The translations under genes were made by a program, and so were the position numbers. Below are positions 38,701 through 52,840 of a DNA stretch of 64,000 bases, piece after piece (the first letter of the stretch is position 1; every line of letters starts with the position of its first letter). The notes under the pieces were generated by a model. The model searched no databases and was not told the DNA's origin. It worked only from the letters and a program-made list of their open reading frames with translations. The DNA is taken from positions 53,754,001 through 53,818,000 of the forward strand of contig NC_042997.1 in NCBI RefSeq assembly GCF_006345805.1. Reading direction: 5' to 3'. The DNA is from Octopus sinensis (Eukaryota).

Positions 38701-39250
38701 TATAATGCCATTTAATCTATAAATAATCTCTAACTGATTACCGATAAATTCCAGAACTCACTTTCTGATTCCACTGTTGTTATAGGTTTGTATATTCTTA
38801 TCTCGAACTTATTTATGAACCAAGATGTGAAAGATACTGCTTCTCAAAAAAAAACTTCTTTGTAAATTATATAAGGCTCAGTATGAAATGGAAATAATTA
38901 CTTTTCAAACACGAGACCCTTATTAGCTGATTCAGAAAAATTAGTTGATTCAGAAACCTTAGTTCTAGACATTAGTCGATTTAGAAAATTTTCCTTTCTA
39001 TAAAGAAACCTACATTTAAATGGAAAGATGTTCTATCTATATTCGTGAATCATGAATTTTGACAATGAAGATTTTAAAATCGAAAAGCAAACCATTACAG
39101 ACATATGCCTTATCTCAACTACAGCATGAGAATGGCACTAATAAAATTGGAAACAAATATTATCATATGATACATACATTCATGCATGCATACATACATA
39201 CATACATACATACATACATACATACATGCATACATACATACATACATATA

Positions 39251-40647
39251 CGAAGACTACAGATCCAATCCATCACTGGAACTGTAAAAACCTGTAAAAC
39301 TTTCCAGAACTTTATCATTTAAATATCAGGTCATCCTATAAGTTCTGTCCCATTTTACCTTTTTAAAAATTGAATAAAATTTAACAGTATTTTAGAATGT
39401 CTAATGGAATTAAAAATTATTTTTATGGATTTAAACTAATTAAATATTATTTTATAGATTAAAAGAATTAAAATTTCTTTGATTAAAACCTTTTCTAACA
39501 TGGAATTATCCAAAACGCATTTGAGGCATATAATGCTTTATGAGTACAAAAAGGGAAACTCTGGAGCCGAAGCGACTCGAAACATACACTCAGTTTATGG
39601 GAAAGAATACTTGAATGAAAGAACTTGCAGAAGATGGTTTGCAAAATTCAGAAGTGGAGATTTCAGCCTTGAAGATGAAGATCAAACAGGACGTCTAGTT
39701 GCGTTTGATGATAAGCTCCTTGAGGCATTACTTGAAGAAAATCCTGCATTATCAGTTGAAGAATTGGCAATAAAACTTAGTTCAAACCATACAACTGTTC
39801 ATCATCATTTTCAACAACTTGGAAAGGTTCCTAAACTTGGAAAATGGGTGCCTCATGAATTGTCCGAAAGCAACAGCAAATCCCGAGTTGACATCTGCTC
39901 TTCTCTTCATTCTCGCGAACTCATTTCACGCTTTTTGTATAGACTTGTGACTGGGGACGAAAAATGAATCTTCTATTGGAATGTTAAACGTCGTAAACAG
40001 TGGCTTGGTAAAAAAGAAAAAGCTCAACCACAACCGAGAAGGGAATTTCATGGAAAAAAGGTTATTTTCTCTATCTAGTGGGATTACAAGGAATAATTCA
40101 TTTTGAATTGTTACCACCTAATGCAACAATCAATGGTCAAGTCTACTGTCAACAATTAGAGCGTTTGAACTAGGCTTTGAAGAAAAAAAGATCCGCTATA
40201 GTGAATCGAAAAAGAGTTATGTTTCATCAGGACAATGCGTGACCCCATACTGCAAAGATCACATCACAGAAGATCGAAGAGCTTGGATGGGAAAAAATTA
40301 CTCATCCACCTTATTCTCCCGACCTTGCTCCTTCAGACTACCATTTGTTTCGTAGTTTACAGAATCATTTGGGGGTTAGGGTTAAAAGAGCTTTACATTG
40401 ATGGGATGGGATTAAAAAGCTTGTAAATAGATGGAAGGAAGTCATAGATAATCAGGGAAAGTACATTAATGATTAAATTTCAATTGAATATAACATTTGA
40501 TCACTTGTTTTCTTTATTCAAAATATCTTTTATGTATGTATCCTCATGCATATATCTAGACATGCTCATATATATTTCAATGATAAACATCTGGAAAGTT
40601 GTACAGATTTTTACAGTTCCGGGGATAGATTGGATCTGTAGCCTTCG
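39251..40647 (+). mobile_element. Full-length DD34D mariner element with ~76-bp TIRs
   Basis: TIR cgaagactacagatccaatcc...ttatcatttaaatat is mirrored at 40572-40647. TA lies on the left; the right target site reads AA. Confidence 0.93.
39500..40474 (+). pseudogene. Mariner transposase pseudogene
   Basis: MELSKTHLRH..., WVPHEL, VTGDEK, HQDNA and YSPDLAPSDY, with 34 residues between the 2nd and 3rd Asp. It has in-frame stops (TGA at 39965, TAG, CGA>TGA), a 1-bp frameshift near 40090 and a C-terminal deletion. Confidence 0.93.
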
Positions 40648-40727
40648 AATTAGCTTTTTCCTTTCTGGTTTTGAGAAGCAACTATATGAATGAGAATATA
40701 TACATAAAGCAAAATATACAAATCTGC

Positions 40728-41063
40728 ACATATACATACATACATACATACATACATACATACATACATACATACATACATACATACATACATACATGCA
40801 TACATGCATGCATACATACATACATACATACATACATACATACATACATACATACATACATACATACAAAAAAAACCTGTTGTTGATGTTGAAATTCCAA
40901 TGAAGGCGCCTTAGTTAGAAACCGGCTCTTTCTCTATTGGCAAGAAATCTTGAAATAAAACTGAACAATAACACACACACACACACATACATACATACAT
41001 ACATACATACATACATACATACATACATACATACATACATACATACATACATACATACATACA
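40728..41063. repeat. (TACA)n microsatellites
   Basis: Tracts at ~40728-40868 and ~40970-41063. Confidence 0.95.
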
Positions 41064-41099
41064 TGTGATGACTGCCGACTCGTTAAATGAGTATTACAG

Positions 41100-41950
41100 T
41101 ATTACATTTTGTGTGAACGATAATGGCTCTTGAATCCTGATAGCGACTTGCAGAACTTGTTGCAATTTCGACATTCATGCAAATTCTTCTGAATACTTGG
41201 TTGTTCTGGATCATTATGAGGATATGTTCCTAGCTTGGTAAGAAAGTCGTTGTAGTTTGTTACAGGCTTTTTATCTGGCTTCCTTGATGGCTCACCAAGA
41301 AATTCTGTTGTCATGTGTGATATTCTTAGATGTCATGAGTGATATTCTTTATATATAGGGAGTTACCTCCCTTTCTGAGTATTCTTGTATAAATGGTGGT
41401 CTGCTGGAATGCATGGGTAGAGGGGTCTCTCGTGAGGTTCCCTGTGGTACAGCAGAAACCGGACATTGATATGCGATGTCCATTGTGATATCCTTCAATA
41501 TGTCCTACATGAGAATTTCCATTGTTCAAGATCTACTGAAGCAACTCACTAATTCATTTTTACATGCCTAGTCCTTATCCGTAGAGCATCTCAGAATATC
41601 ATATGAAGACGCATAACATGATCAGCCTAGTTTATACGGTGACGATGGGTGTGGGCTTCAATAGTAACTGCCTCTTTCTAAAACCCCAGTGTTAGGGTTA
41701 TGTGTTATCCAATAGATAGCCAGGATGTTTCTCAAATACTGCTGATGAAAGCGCTCAAGTGATTTTAGGTAATGGTGGTACACCACCCACGTTTCACATG
41801 ATAATAATAGACTGTCGGTACGCAAGAGTTGTAGAATACCAACTAGGCATTATTTTTCAAGCCTCTCTTGGACTGCAAACGACTCCTCCGAACAGCAAAG
41901 AGACGGAGAACTCTGATGAGCCCGAAGTATGGTATTCAATTATAAGAACT
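41100..41950 (-). mobile_element. 3' end of an RTE (BovB-like) LINE with C-terminal C2H2-type finger
   Basis: LERFHQQYLRNILAIYW...NTGVLER upstream, and the terminal HECRNCNKFCKSLSGFKSHYRSH matches the RTE CxxC..S..G..SH.R.H end. Confidence 0.75.
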
Positions 41951-41992
41951 GAGCATAAATACAAACATTAATATTAATGTGTGTGTGTGTGT

Positions 41993-42039
<47 letters not shown>

Positions 42040-42260
42040 TGTGTGTGAATGCATGTATGGCATCTACAGTACTTTATCGATAATAAATAGATGCTCTCCA
42101 CAAAAAAGGCTCTAGAAAATATAGTACTGGGCTAAATAATATACTATCTTATTTACTAGTAAATTTTAAAATATGCCAAATTAAGTGATGGTTATTTTCG
42201 AGTGAACTAAGATCTGTCCAATCTTAGTTCACTCTTTCTCTCTTTCACACAGACATGCAC

Positions 42261-42306
<46 letters not shown>

Positions 42307-42820
42307 ATTCACTGAGTCATATTAAACATACACACTTTAACGTACGTATGTATGTATATACTTTTGCCTAGTTTTATTTTTCGAATTTCTCCCCAGTGCA
42401 GAAAGAGCCAATTTCCAGCCTTGAAACAAGACTCTTTCAATGGAATTTAGACATCATCTACATGATTGATATGTATGTGTACATGTATGTATATGTGTTT
42501 GCATGTATTATATACGCATGTATGCTTGTATGTTTTAAATTAAAAGTGATAATGTACAACAACCTATCGATTCCTGAAAAACAGCTTCCTATTGGTTTTG
42601 AGTGACGTGAGACAGTTCGTAAGGTGGGGCCCATTCCATTCAAACTGTTCCCTGTGGACGACAATTGTGGAAGTGAAATGATTCAAATAGAAATTGAAAC
42701 TGAGTTGTAGAGTGAGATATGGCATTTTCAGCCATATTACCAGTCTATGTATACATACACTGGTGTATGTATGTATTTATATATATATATATTTGTATGG
42801 GATTCAATGATACATATAAA

Positions 42821-43116
42821 CAAATAAACTGCTTGGGTTTAAAATACAAAATATATAAACATGTAAACACGTAAATAGAGAGAAACTAGAGAGTGAACAT
42901 TTTGTGACGATGAATATTCAAGTATAAATATATAGATATTTACATATGAACAGAGCAAACTTACACAGAGTACAAAAGACGCAGAAAATTAATATAAATA
43001 TCTATATATTTATATTTGAATATTCATCGTCACAAAATTTTCACTCTTTGCTTTCTCTCTATTTACGTATTTTCATGCTTGTATATTTTGTATATTAAAC
43101 CCAAGCAGTTTATTTG
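42821..43116. repeat. Long inverted repeat (~125-bp arms)
   Basis: caaataaactgcttgggttt...ttttgtgacgatgaatattcaa is mirrored by ttgaatattcatcgtcacaaaa...aaacccaagcagtttatttg. Confidence 0.88.
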
Positions 43117-43419
43117 CTTATTTGCACCATTGTCTGCATATTTGCTCACCTGAATTCCTTTTATGGAAATGCATGTTTTTGTATTTTTTTGTTTTTGTTT
43201 TGCTTACTAGTTTGTGTAACTCAGTTTACTTCTGCAAATTATTTTCTGTTGTGTTTTTTACATGAGAAACAAATGGCAAAAATAGACTTATGATTTGTGG
43301 TTAATGAGCTGTGTCAGGGATCATATTATGCAAGGGTCAAAAGATTATCTTAATCATTTCTCTATCACTTAACAAAACTCAAAGTCTCAGCCATTATTCT
43401 TGCTACGAGGTATTCTTAT

Positions 43420-43590
<171 letters not shown>

Positions 43591-43621
43591 AAAATAATAA
43601 ATAAATGTACCCTTTTAAAAC

Positions 43622-43790
43622 CTAACCAGGCTCATGGGCCCGGTTTCCCAGTTTCTATGGCGTATGTGTTCTCCAGCTGGACGGGACGCCAGTCCATCGC
43701 AGTGTTACTCGTTTTTGCCAGCTGAGTGGACTGGAGCAACGTGAAATGAAGTGTTTTGCTCAAGAACACAACGCGTCGCCTGGTCCAGGA
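43622..43790 (-). mobile_element. SINE family C fragment
   Basis: gccagctgagtggactggagcaacgtgaaatgaagtg..ttgctcaagaacacaac is shared with 45690-45750. Confidence 0.75.
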
Positions 43791-45316
43791 TATATATATA
43801 TATATATATATCAGATAACAAATAAATCAACTTATTTAGCCTGCAATTCTATATCACATTTTCCCATCCAATGACAAATCTGGTTTTTCATAGCTCTTTG
43901 ATAATAGAGCTTCTAACAGTAATTTAGAGCTCTACGCTTTCTCACTGCCACATTGTTTTTACATTTGGAAAACACAGAATACTAATATACAAAACAATAT
44001 AGATTTATAATTGATTTTTCCAACCCTACTGTGAACCTGATCTCTTTACAACATAACGCTACAAATTACAAATAACATAAAGCAACGCACTTGACATCAT
44101 CACTGGATGTACGCAGATAACATCCACAAGACAGCAAAAGGAAATGAAAACACCCGGCAAAAACGCAATACCATGCACCGTTTGTTTCTGCAGCAACCTT
44201 TAATCATCGCCATTTTTGGCACGTGTAAAGTACAATAATTCTCAAAACGTCTAGGTACATCGTCAACACACTTAGAATGCTGCTTCAACACCACCTTAAG
44301 AACGCAACTGCTCACTTTCCGAAAAAAATCAAAATACTCAAATTTCAAAATACTCAAAAATAATGACAGAACCAATAACCTCATTAACCCTGATTATCTC
44401 AAAACCAGAGGTAATTATAGAGAAACGATAATTGTTCTGATTGAGCTCACCTCATCCGTTTTAGCTGAGATCAACATTAGAAGCTATAGGCACACGAAAA
44501 CAGAAGGAACAGTGTGTTGGAGGCAAGGTGGTAACATGCATTTCGTGTTACAAGTTGGATTGTGCTCTCCACCGGGAAATGAAATATCTGAGACAGTAAG
44601 TATGTGGGTCACACCTAATATCCAGTCAACTGCCTGCATGTCACTGATCAGCTCGATCAGGGTTGGCCTGTGATAAAACAACAGCAACAACAACAGACGT
44701 GTAGGTCTTGCATATTTCATCAAAGATCCAACAGAGAAATATTCTGCATTTCACAAAAATGTAATACTAGGGTATGTTTTCCGTAAACTTTAAAAGGATG
44801 GCAACATCAGCTAGAAGTGTAGCTTCGCTTGGGTGAATGACCACTATTTCACGTCAGCACTAAGCATACCGTCTGGCATGCTAACGATTTTGCCAGCTCG
44901 CCACCTTGAAATAGTAGAATAATAAGGAGACAATCAGTTTTATATAACGACAATTTCTATTGGGTCAGCAAAAAACAAAAAGAAAAAGCGTAAGCTTTTG
45001 TGTGTCGTCTCCAAGGGAATCTGTCGTGTAGTTGAAGAGTAGGATCACAATGACATTTTTCATCCTCGACCTCAGTACAAGTACTTCCCGTCATAGAGTC
45101 AGGTCGTACAGCGATAAAGGTTTAACAATCTCATTACAATGTGAATGGTCACGCTAGACATTGATTTAAAAGAGATTTAAAAGAGACGTTTAAGGTTGAT
45201 TTAAACATATTAGCATTAACTTAACAGTAGCTACATTACAAATACTATCAGTTCCATCGTACATAAAACTGAGTAGTAATAGAGTAAATCATCAACTGCC
45301 TGCCTGTGTGTGTGTG

Positions 45317-45823
45317 TGAAATTAACGTGCAAGTGGCTGAGCACCCCACAAACACACATACCTATTTCTTTATTACCCACAAGGGGCTAAACACAGAGAG
45401 AACAAACAAGTACATCCATAGGTATTAAGTCGATTACATCGACCCCAGTGCATAACTGGTACTTAATTTATCGACCCCGAAAGGATGAAAGGCAAAGTCG
45501 ACCTCGGCGGAATTTGAACTCACAACGTAACAACAGACGAAATACCGCTAAGCATTTCGCCCGTGGTGCTAACATTTCTGCCAGCTCGCCGCCTAAACAC
45601 ACATACATACTCTTGACTTAATCCTCAGGGTGATTCAGCGTGGCTCGGAATATAACAAGGTTGGCCTTTTGAATTATAGGTAAAACTCATTTCTGCCAGC
45701 TGAGTGGACGGGAGCAACGTGAAATAAAGTGTCTTGTTCAAGGACACAACATCTCACTGGGAATCGAACTGATGACCTTACTATCGTGAGTTGATTACGC
45801 TAAACACTAAGCCACGCACCTTC
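45317..45823 (-). mobile_element. SINE family C copy carrying a nested family A SINE
   Basis: tRNA-like head near 45760-45820 and central ccagctgagtggac motif. The body resumes after the insertion. Confidence 0.7.
45362..45594 (-). mobile_element. SINE family A, full-length, with 12-bp TSD
   Basis: aaacacacatac at 45350-45361 and 45595-45606 flanks a complete copy. Confidence 0.93.
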
Positions 45824-45824
45824 A

Positions 45825-46024
45825 TATATATATATGTGTGTGTGTGCATGTGTGTGCGTAAGTGTGTGTGTGTGTGTATGTATGTTTGTATGTGTATATG
45901 TATGTACATATTTGTGTGTGTATGTGTGTGTAAGTGTGTGTGTATATGTATGTTTGTATGTATGCATGTATGTATGTTTGTATGTGTATATGTATATACA
46001 TATCTATCTATCTATCTATCTATC

Positions 46025-46110
<86 letters not shown>
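45825..46110. repeat. Compound (TG)n/(TATG)n/(TATC)n/(TA)n microsatellite
   Basis: Directly visible. Confidence 0.95.
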
Positions 46111-46113
<3 letters not shown>

Positions 46114-47438
46114 CATGTATATCACTTATGTTACAGACGAGTTATTTTACTTTTAAGGAAAAAAATTAGTGTTATATTCACGTATCGTTTTAATTCTTGA
46201 ATTGTTAAAAACTTCGTCGCACTTCTGGGACAGTTTCATCTGCAGAAGCACCCACCTTCAAGTGTTTAATCGATGAGATGAACCCTTAGATATATTTGTA
46301 CCTGACACTGGTTCTATCGATACTATTTGTCGAACAACTACGTCACGAGACCTAATAGGACCCAAACGTAAACCTAGATCATAAACATATGCAGAGACTC
46401 GTGTACACACACACACACACACACATGGTCTTTTTATACAGTTTCCGTCTACCAAATTTCACTCATACTCTATTATTTAATTCAAAGCTTTGGTAGATAT
46501 CACTTACCTAAGGAACCGGGATTCACATGGTTAAAAGATGAATTTCTTTATCACAGAGATATGCCTTTATATAGTACATATTATATGTATACATTACGTA
46601 TTCTTTAAAGATCGTTTTTTTATGGATTGTTTTCGTATTAATACGGTTTTGTTTCTGTATGTGATTATGACTTAGTTACGCTTTTGTCTTACTGAGAATT
46701 ACATGATATGGACCTGAAATGCATTCCGTTTATTTTGTCTACTCATTTGCCATTTGGGAATTTAGAGAATATCTGAAGTAACACATTCATATCACTTTTC
46801 GTTTATTTGTCTGCGGGGTTTTGTTTTCGTTGTACCATATAAAACAATGAGTATATCAGGGCATAAATATAATAGACTTTCTAGAGGTGACGAGAGCACA
46901 TGAAAAAAAAAATCAATTCATGCTTTTGACATAAAAAAAATGAACTTGCAGCACAGTGGGAAGCCCACAACGAACGACGTGGAGTAAAGTTGAGCGACCC
47001 TCAGGGAATTTTAACGAATCTATTTTGCAACCTCCTTGTATTCACTAAACAAACAGAGGTTCTTCGTATATGCTCTGTTTATCACTGTACATTGATTTCC
47101 CATCTATTGTATATTCTTTTACTGATTTCAGTGATTGGACTGAAGCACTGAAGATACGACCATCATAGATTTTAGTCTATTATCGAATTTTTGTGCTTAT
47201 TTTTCTCATTTTATCGGGGACGAAATTCCACACGGTTTTCTCAATCAGAGCCTTCGAAGGACTAAACAAGATGCGTGCATGCATGCATACGTGGGTGCGT
47301 GCGTGTGTACGAGCGTGCGTATGTGCGTTCGTGTTTGCGTGCGCGCGTGTGTTTGTGTGTGCATGTATGTGTGTGTGTGTGTATAGACATACACGCATAT
47401 ATATACACACAATTGTATACGCAGACTCACAGACACAG

Positions 47439-47470
<32 letters not shown>

Positions 47471-47563
47471 CACACACACACACACACATACACACACACA
47501 CGGACGTGCACATACATATTTGTGTATTTCAGTGTTCACCATTAAACATAATATATGAAAGTG

Positions 47564-48279
47564 GGTACTACTAGCGAATACTGGTCCCGGTGCGCGCACA
47601 TGCACAGTTGCGCTTCCGCGCTAGCTAGTCGTAAGTAGTCGATCCTACAACGACTTGCGCGTATGCAACCGTGTTGATTGGCGCATGCGCGATACATACT
47701 TGTATCACACGTGCGCGATACATACTTGTATCACACGTGCGCGATACATACTTGTATCACACGTGCGCGATACATATTTGTTAGCAAACAAAATAAAATA
47801 ATTTTTTACAGAATAAAATAAAAAGTCTAAATTAAAACTTCGAGACTTTATCCTCGTAACATATTTATGGTTCCATAACACACCAATTTGTACATCAACA
47901 TTTTATTTTATTGTTTGGTGGCATTTTCGAACGAATTGCAAGAAATGTGAGATATTCAATTTTTTTTTTTGCTATTTGCTTTTTATTTACTTTGTTTAAT
48001 TTGTGTAAAAAAATTATTTACATTTTTCTAAAAAAATATCTTAGTTTGTTTATAAAAAAATTAATTAACTAAGTTTTTAAAATTATTTACTTTGTTCGAA
48101 AAATATTTAATTTGTGTAAAAAAATCATATACGTGCGATACAAGTATATATCGCGCATGCGCCAATCAACTCATTTGCATACGCGCAAGTCGTTGTAGGA
48201 TCGACTACTTACGACTAGCTAGCGCGGACGCGCGACTGCGCGTGTGCGCGCACCGGGACCGGTATTCGCTAGTAGTACC
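47564..48279. mobile_element. Non-autonomous DNA transposon (MITE), probably Merlin superfamily
   Basis: ~140-bp TIRs beginning GGTACTACTAG, a perfect 8-bp TSD tgaaagtg (47556-47563, 48280-48287) and a 26-bp subterminal tandem repeat. GG termini with an 8-bp TSD fit Merlin. Confidence 0.8.
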
Positions 48280-49168
48280 TGAAAGTGCAATCTGAAACAA
48301 CTAGTAATTTACCTGCAACCTCTTCTCCAAACCGCCCTTTAATATTTTTGAAATTTTCATATTCAAACTAAAAATGAAAGCAATTAGACAATTGATATGG
48401 ATCCGTTAAATATTAGGCCTTGTTATGCTACTATGGCAAAAACGAGCGTTTAATGCAAACATAGAAATATTGGAATTCAGTCAGTATACTACACTAATTT
48501 ACGTTATTACATTCTTATAAGAACTAAAGAAGGCTCCTCTATGCAGTTGCCCAACATACTAGAAACAGAAGCCAAATCTCCTTAAATCGAAATTCTACCA
48601 TCTTTAAAAATGTGATGAATGTACTGGGCAATATAGTCACTGTTATACAAACAAACGAAATGGAGTGGATAATTTTGCTACCAGCTTCACCTTCTTTATT
48701 CAGGCCTCCACGTCCCCTTGGCCAGAGAATGGTCTCAACATGTCGTTGCCGAGTCTAATTTTCTATGCCATATTTTACCGTGACAGTTCTTTTTTTTTAG
48801 CAGTACACAATGAGCCGAAATAGCTTGTGGTATGAAAGGGAAATTAGAAAAATGGAGAAATGAGGCTTTCTTAACCGTTGATCTGGAGGGAGCGTTCTCT
48901 CCCTACCCACGTGAACGTTCTTTTCTCTTGGTCGTGCACACACGTCTTGCCGTTACGCTGTCCAGTTGCCAGCTGACCTCTTATTGTGACCGCTGCGCAT
49001 GCTCGCTTAAGCACTTCCGTCCTCAGGGACTCCCGACAGGGCTTATCCACTCTCCCACTTCCGCATTCACCACAACTTCAGCTCAATACCACAACTGTTC
49101 TTTAAGCTTATATAAATACCATTATATATATATTATTTGATAAACACAATATACATTTTTATGAGTTT

Positions 49169-49426
49169 CTATTAATTTCATGCGATGGAAAACAGTTCAA
49201 ACAGCATTTAATAATACTCCTGGTGCCTTCATGCAATTCTGCCCGCATGGTATAATAAGTTTGAACAGGAGAACAGGATATGAGAGAAAATACGAGAAAA
49301 GTGAGGAAGAAGTAGATGGTCTACATCCTTCTGCTATTTAGGTAGAACCCGAGGATTGTATGAAGGCACCAGGCGTGTTATTAAATGCTGTCTGAGTTGA
49401 TTTTCATTACATGAAAATATTAGTAG
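49169..49426. repeat. Imperfect inverted repeat (~72-bp arms)
   Basis: acagcatttaataatactcctggtgccttcatgcaat is mirrored by attgtatgaaggcaccaggcgtgttattaaatgctgt. Confidence 0.8.
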
Positions 49427-49799
49427 TTCATAAGGCACAAAACGAGTGAAAGATAAACTGCAGAGGAGTACAACAAAATCAAAACAACAACAACAACAAC
49501 CACAATCCACCCTTTAGTACCAATACCAATACCAACCAAAGAAGAAAGAATTACAGAAAAACCGCAACACCACATAATATAAACCAAGGAGGAAATTCTT
49601 CTTTATTAAATGACCTGGAAAATATGAAGGCCGACCTAAGCCTAGAGATCCAACATCACATACCGAAAACTCTATGAACACACCCCCGCCACCATCAACT
49701 AGAACATCGATCTACTCGCACAGCCCCGAGCAAACACTATCCTCAGCGCTGTCAATGAATAACAAAATACATTTTCCATTTCCAATATACCTTAATGGT

Positions 49800-50290
49800 G
49801 GGATTAAATTCCGTTTCAAGCTCCTATCCCTGAATGCCTGAAGTTTGTGCAACAAGGTACACTATTTTGAATCCTATATCAAGAGTATTGACCCCCATTT
49901 CACCACAGTCACCGAAACATGGGCACACTCTCTTCTCTGTGATGGTGTTTTAGCATAACTGGTTACAGCATGTTCCATAAAGACCGTGCTAATCGTTGTG
50001 GAGGTCAAACTTTCTAGTTATTCCTTGTGATAATCTAAACAAATCACAACATGAGGCACTTTTTCTAAATTACGCATAAACAAGTCAACAATAATACTTG
50101 GAGTTGTCTATCGCCCACCAAATTAACATCAAGACACAAAGCTTTTTGAAATCCTCAGGGCCGCATCTAAGAAACCAGCCACTTATTGTCAAAGAAAGCT
50201 TTCCAACGCATTCTACATACAAATTGGTTCGTTTTCTCCAAAAGATCACGTATATAATCCTTCCTACAGGGTATAGGTATAACCTTTAGC
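49800..50290 (+). mobile_element. CR1-clade LINE APE endonuclease remnant
   Basis: FKLLSLNA*SLCNKVHYFESYIKSIDPHFTTVTETW, GYSMFHKDR and IILGVVYRPP. Sequence from ~48900 may be its 5' UTR/ORF1. Confidence 0.8.
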
Positions 50291-50349
50291 GAAACATCCA
50301 GTGTTATTTTAACCATCATCGTTGTACGCTACCTTATAGCACCTTCCTC

Positions 50350-51637
<1,288 letters not shown>

Positions 51638-51711
51638 TTAAAGCGGTTGATGTAAATATACGCCGAACCATTGTCGTTCGCTCATTGCTGATCTCAGCCG
51701 AGATGATTACC

Positions 51712-51860
51712 TATTTCTTTATTACCCACAAGGGGCTAAACACAGAGGGACAAACAAGGACAGACATAGGTATTAAGTCGATTACATCGACCCCAGTGCG
51801 TAACTGGTACTTAATTTATCGACCCCGAAAGGTTGAAAGGCAAAGTCGACCTCGGCGGAA
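51712..51860 (-). mobile_element. SINE family A, 5'-truncated
   Basis: Tail and body match; the sequence stops after gacctcggcggaa. Confidence 0.88.
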
Positions 51861-52172
51861 GTCAATGCAACCTAGTTGCTTGATAGAAAAAACCCGTTGT
51901 CATGAGGTTAAATTCTAGGGCTGTCTTTCCTGCGAATCTTGACTAGAACTAATGGCGTTTCTTTTCTCCTCACTACAAATGCAATATAATTTATTAAAAT
52001 TTCAGGGGCTCCACTACATTAAATATGTTAGTATCTACTTTAATAAATAGCGCTCAGTGGTTTACGCCTTAAAATCTTATCTCTTCTCAGTTTCTTAAAA
52101 CTGCTTGAAACAACACAGCCATCAATAGATATACAATTACTTAAATTCTGTACAAGAGAATATTTCGAGATT

Positions 52173-52212
<40 letters not shown>

Positions 52213-52569
52213 GTGTGTGTATGTTTGTGCGCGTGTGTGTGTATGTTTGTGTGCGTGTGTAGGTGCATGTGTGTGTGTATGCGTGTGTTTTTGTGCGTAT
52301 GTGCGTGAACTTGTATTTGTATGTGAGTGGATGTGCGTGTGTAGCATGTTACGTCAATCTCCTTAAACATTAAATGCAGAATCTAACATTCTGGATATTG
52401 CCTGATACATAAACTGTCTGACTGAAGAAATACAGATGGTTTTAACCACTTTGAAACAGGTGTAACTCACAAGGTCGAAATCGTGATCCTTCGGTTGTTA
52501 GAAAGTTTTTAGAGCAAGACTAAATTCGATTTACGTCACAGAGTAGAGGATCGGATTTCTTACATACTA

Positions 52570-52840
52570 TAGTTATGTCTGACGTTAGTGATGGAACATC
52601 TGCGTCTACTATCATAATGATTTATACGTAGATGTATATGTCATAGGGTACTGTACATATCTATACAGTGATGCTGACGTCACTGAACGTACAGGCCTTT
52701 AATGACCGTCAACACTAAACAAGCTGACATGGTTATGGGACATATGTACATATCTCCTGACGTCACAGAACTGTAGATATACACATGTAGTTGTGTTGAT
52801 GTCCGTAGTGGATACATGTACAGAGATGTTGACGTCAATA
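52570..52840. promoter_or_regulatory. Diverged tandem repeat carrying three perfect CRE palindromes (TGACGTCA)
   Basis: TGACGTCA at 52675-52682, 52758-52765 and 52830-52837, each preceded by tgtaca. Regulatory function is not shown. Confidence 0.35.

Noticed and set aside
41102-41314. C2H2 finger as a member of the expanded cephalopod zinc-finger gene family
   Set aside because: It is a single terminal finger with no TGEKP linkers, collinear with RTE ORF2 motifs. It is the LINE C-terminus.
44484-44723. Minus-strand ORF with an apparent signal peptide (RLLLLLLFY)
   Set aside because: The hydrophobic run comes from a short (GTT)n repeat and there is no other support.
47682-47775. 26-bp repeats as a CRISPR-like array
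   Set aside because: The units are contiguous with no spacers, lie inside a MITE, and the context is eukaryotic.
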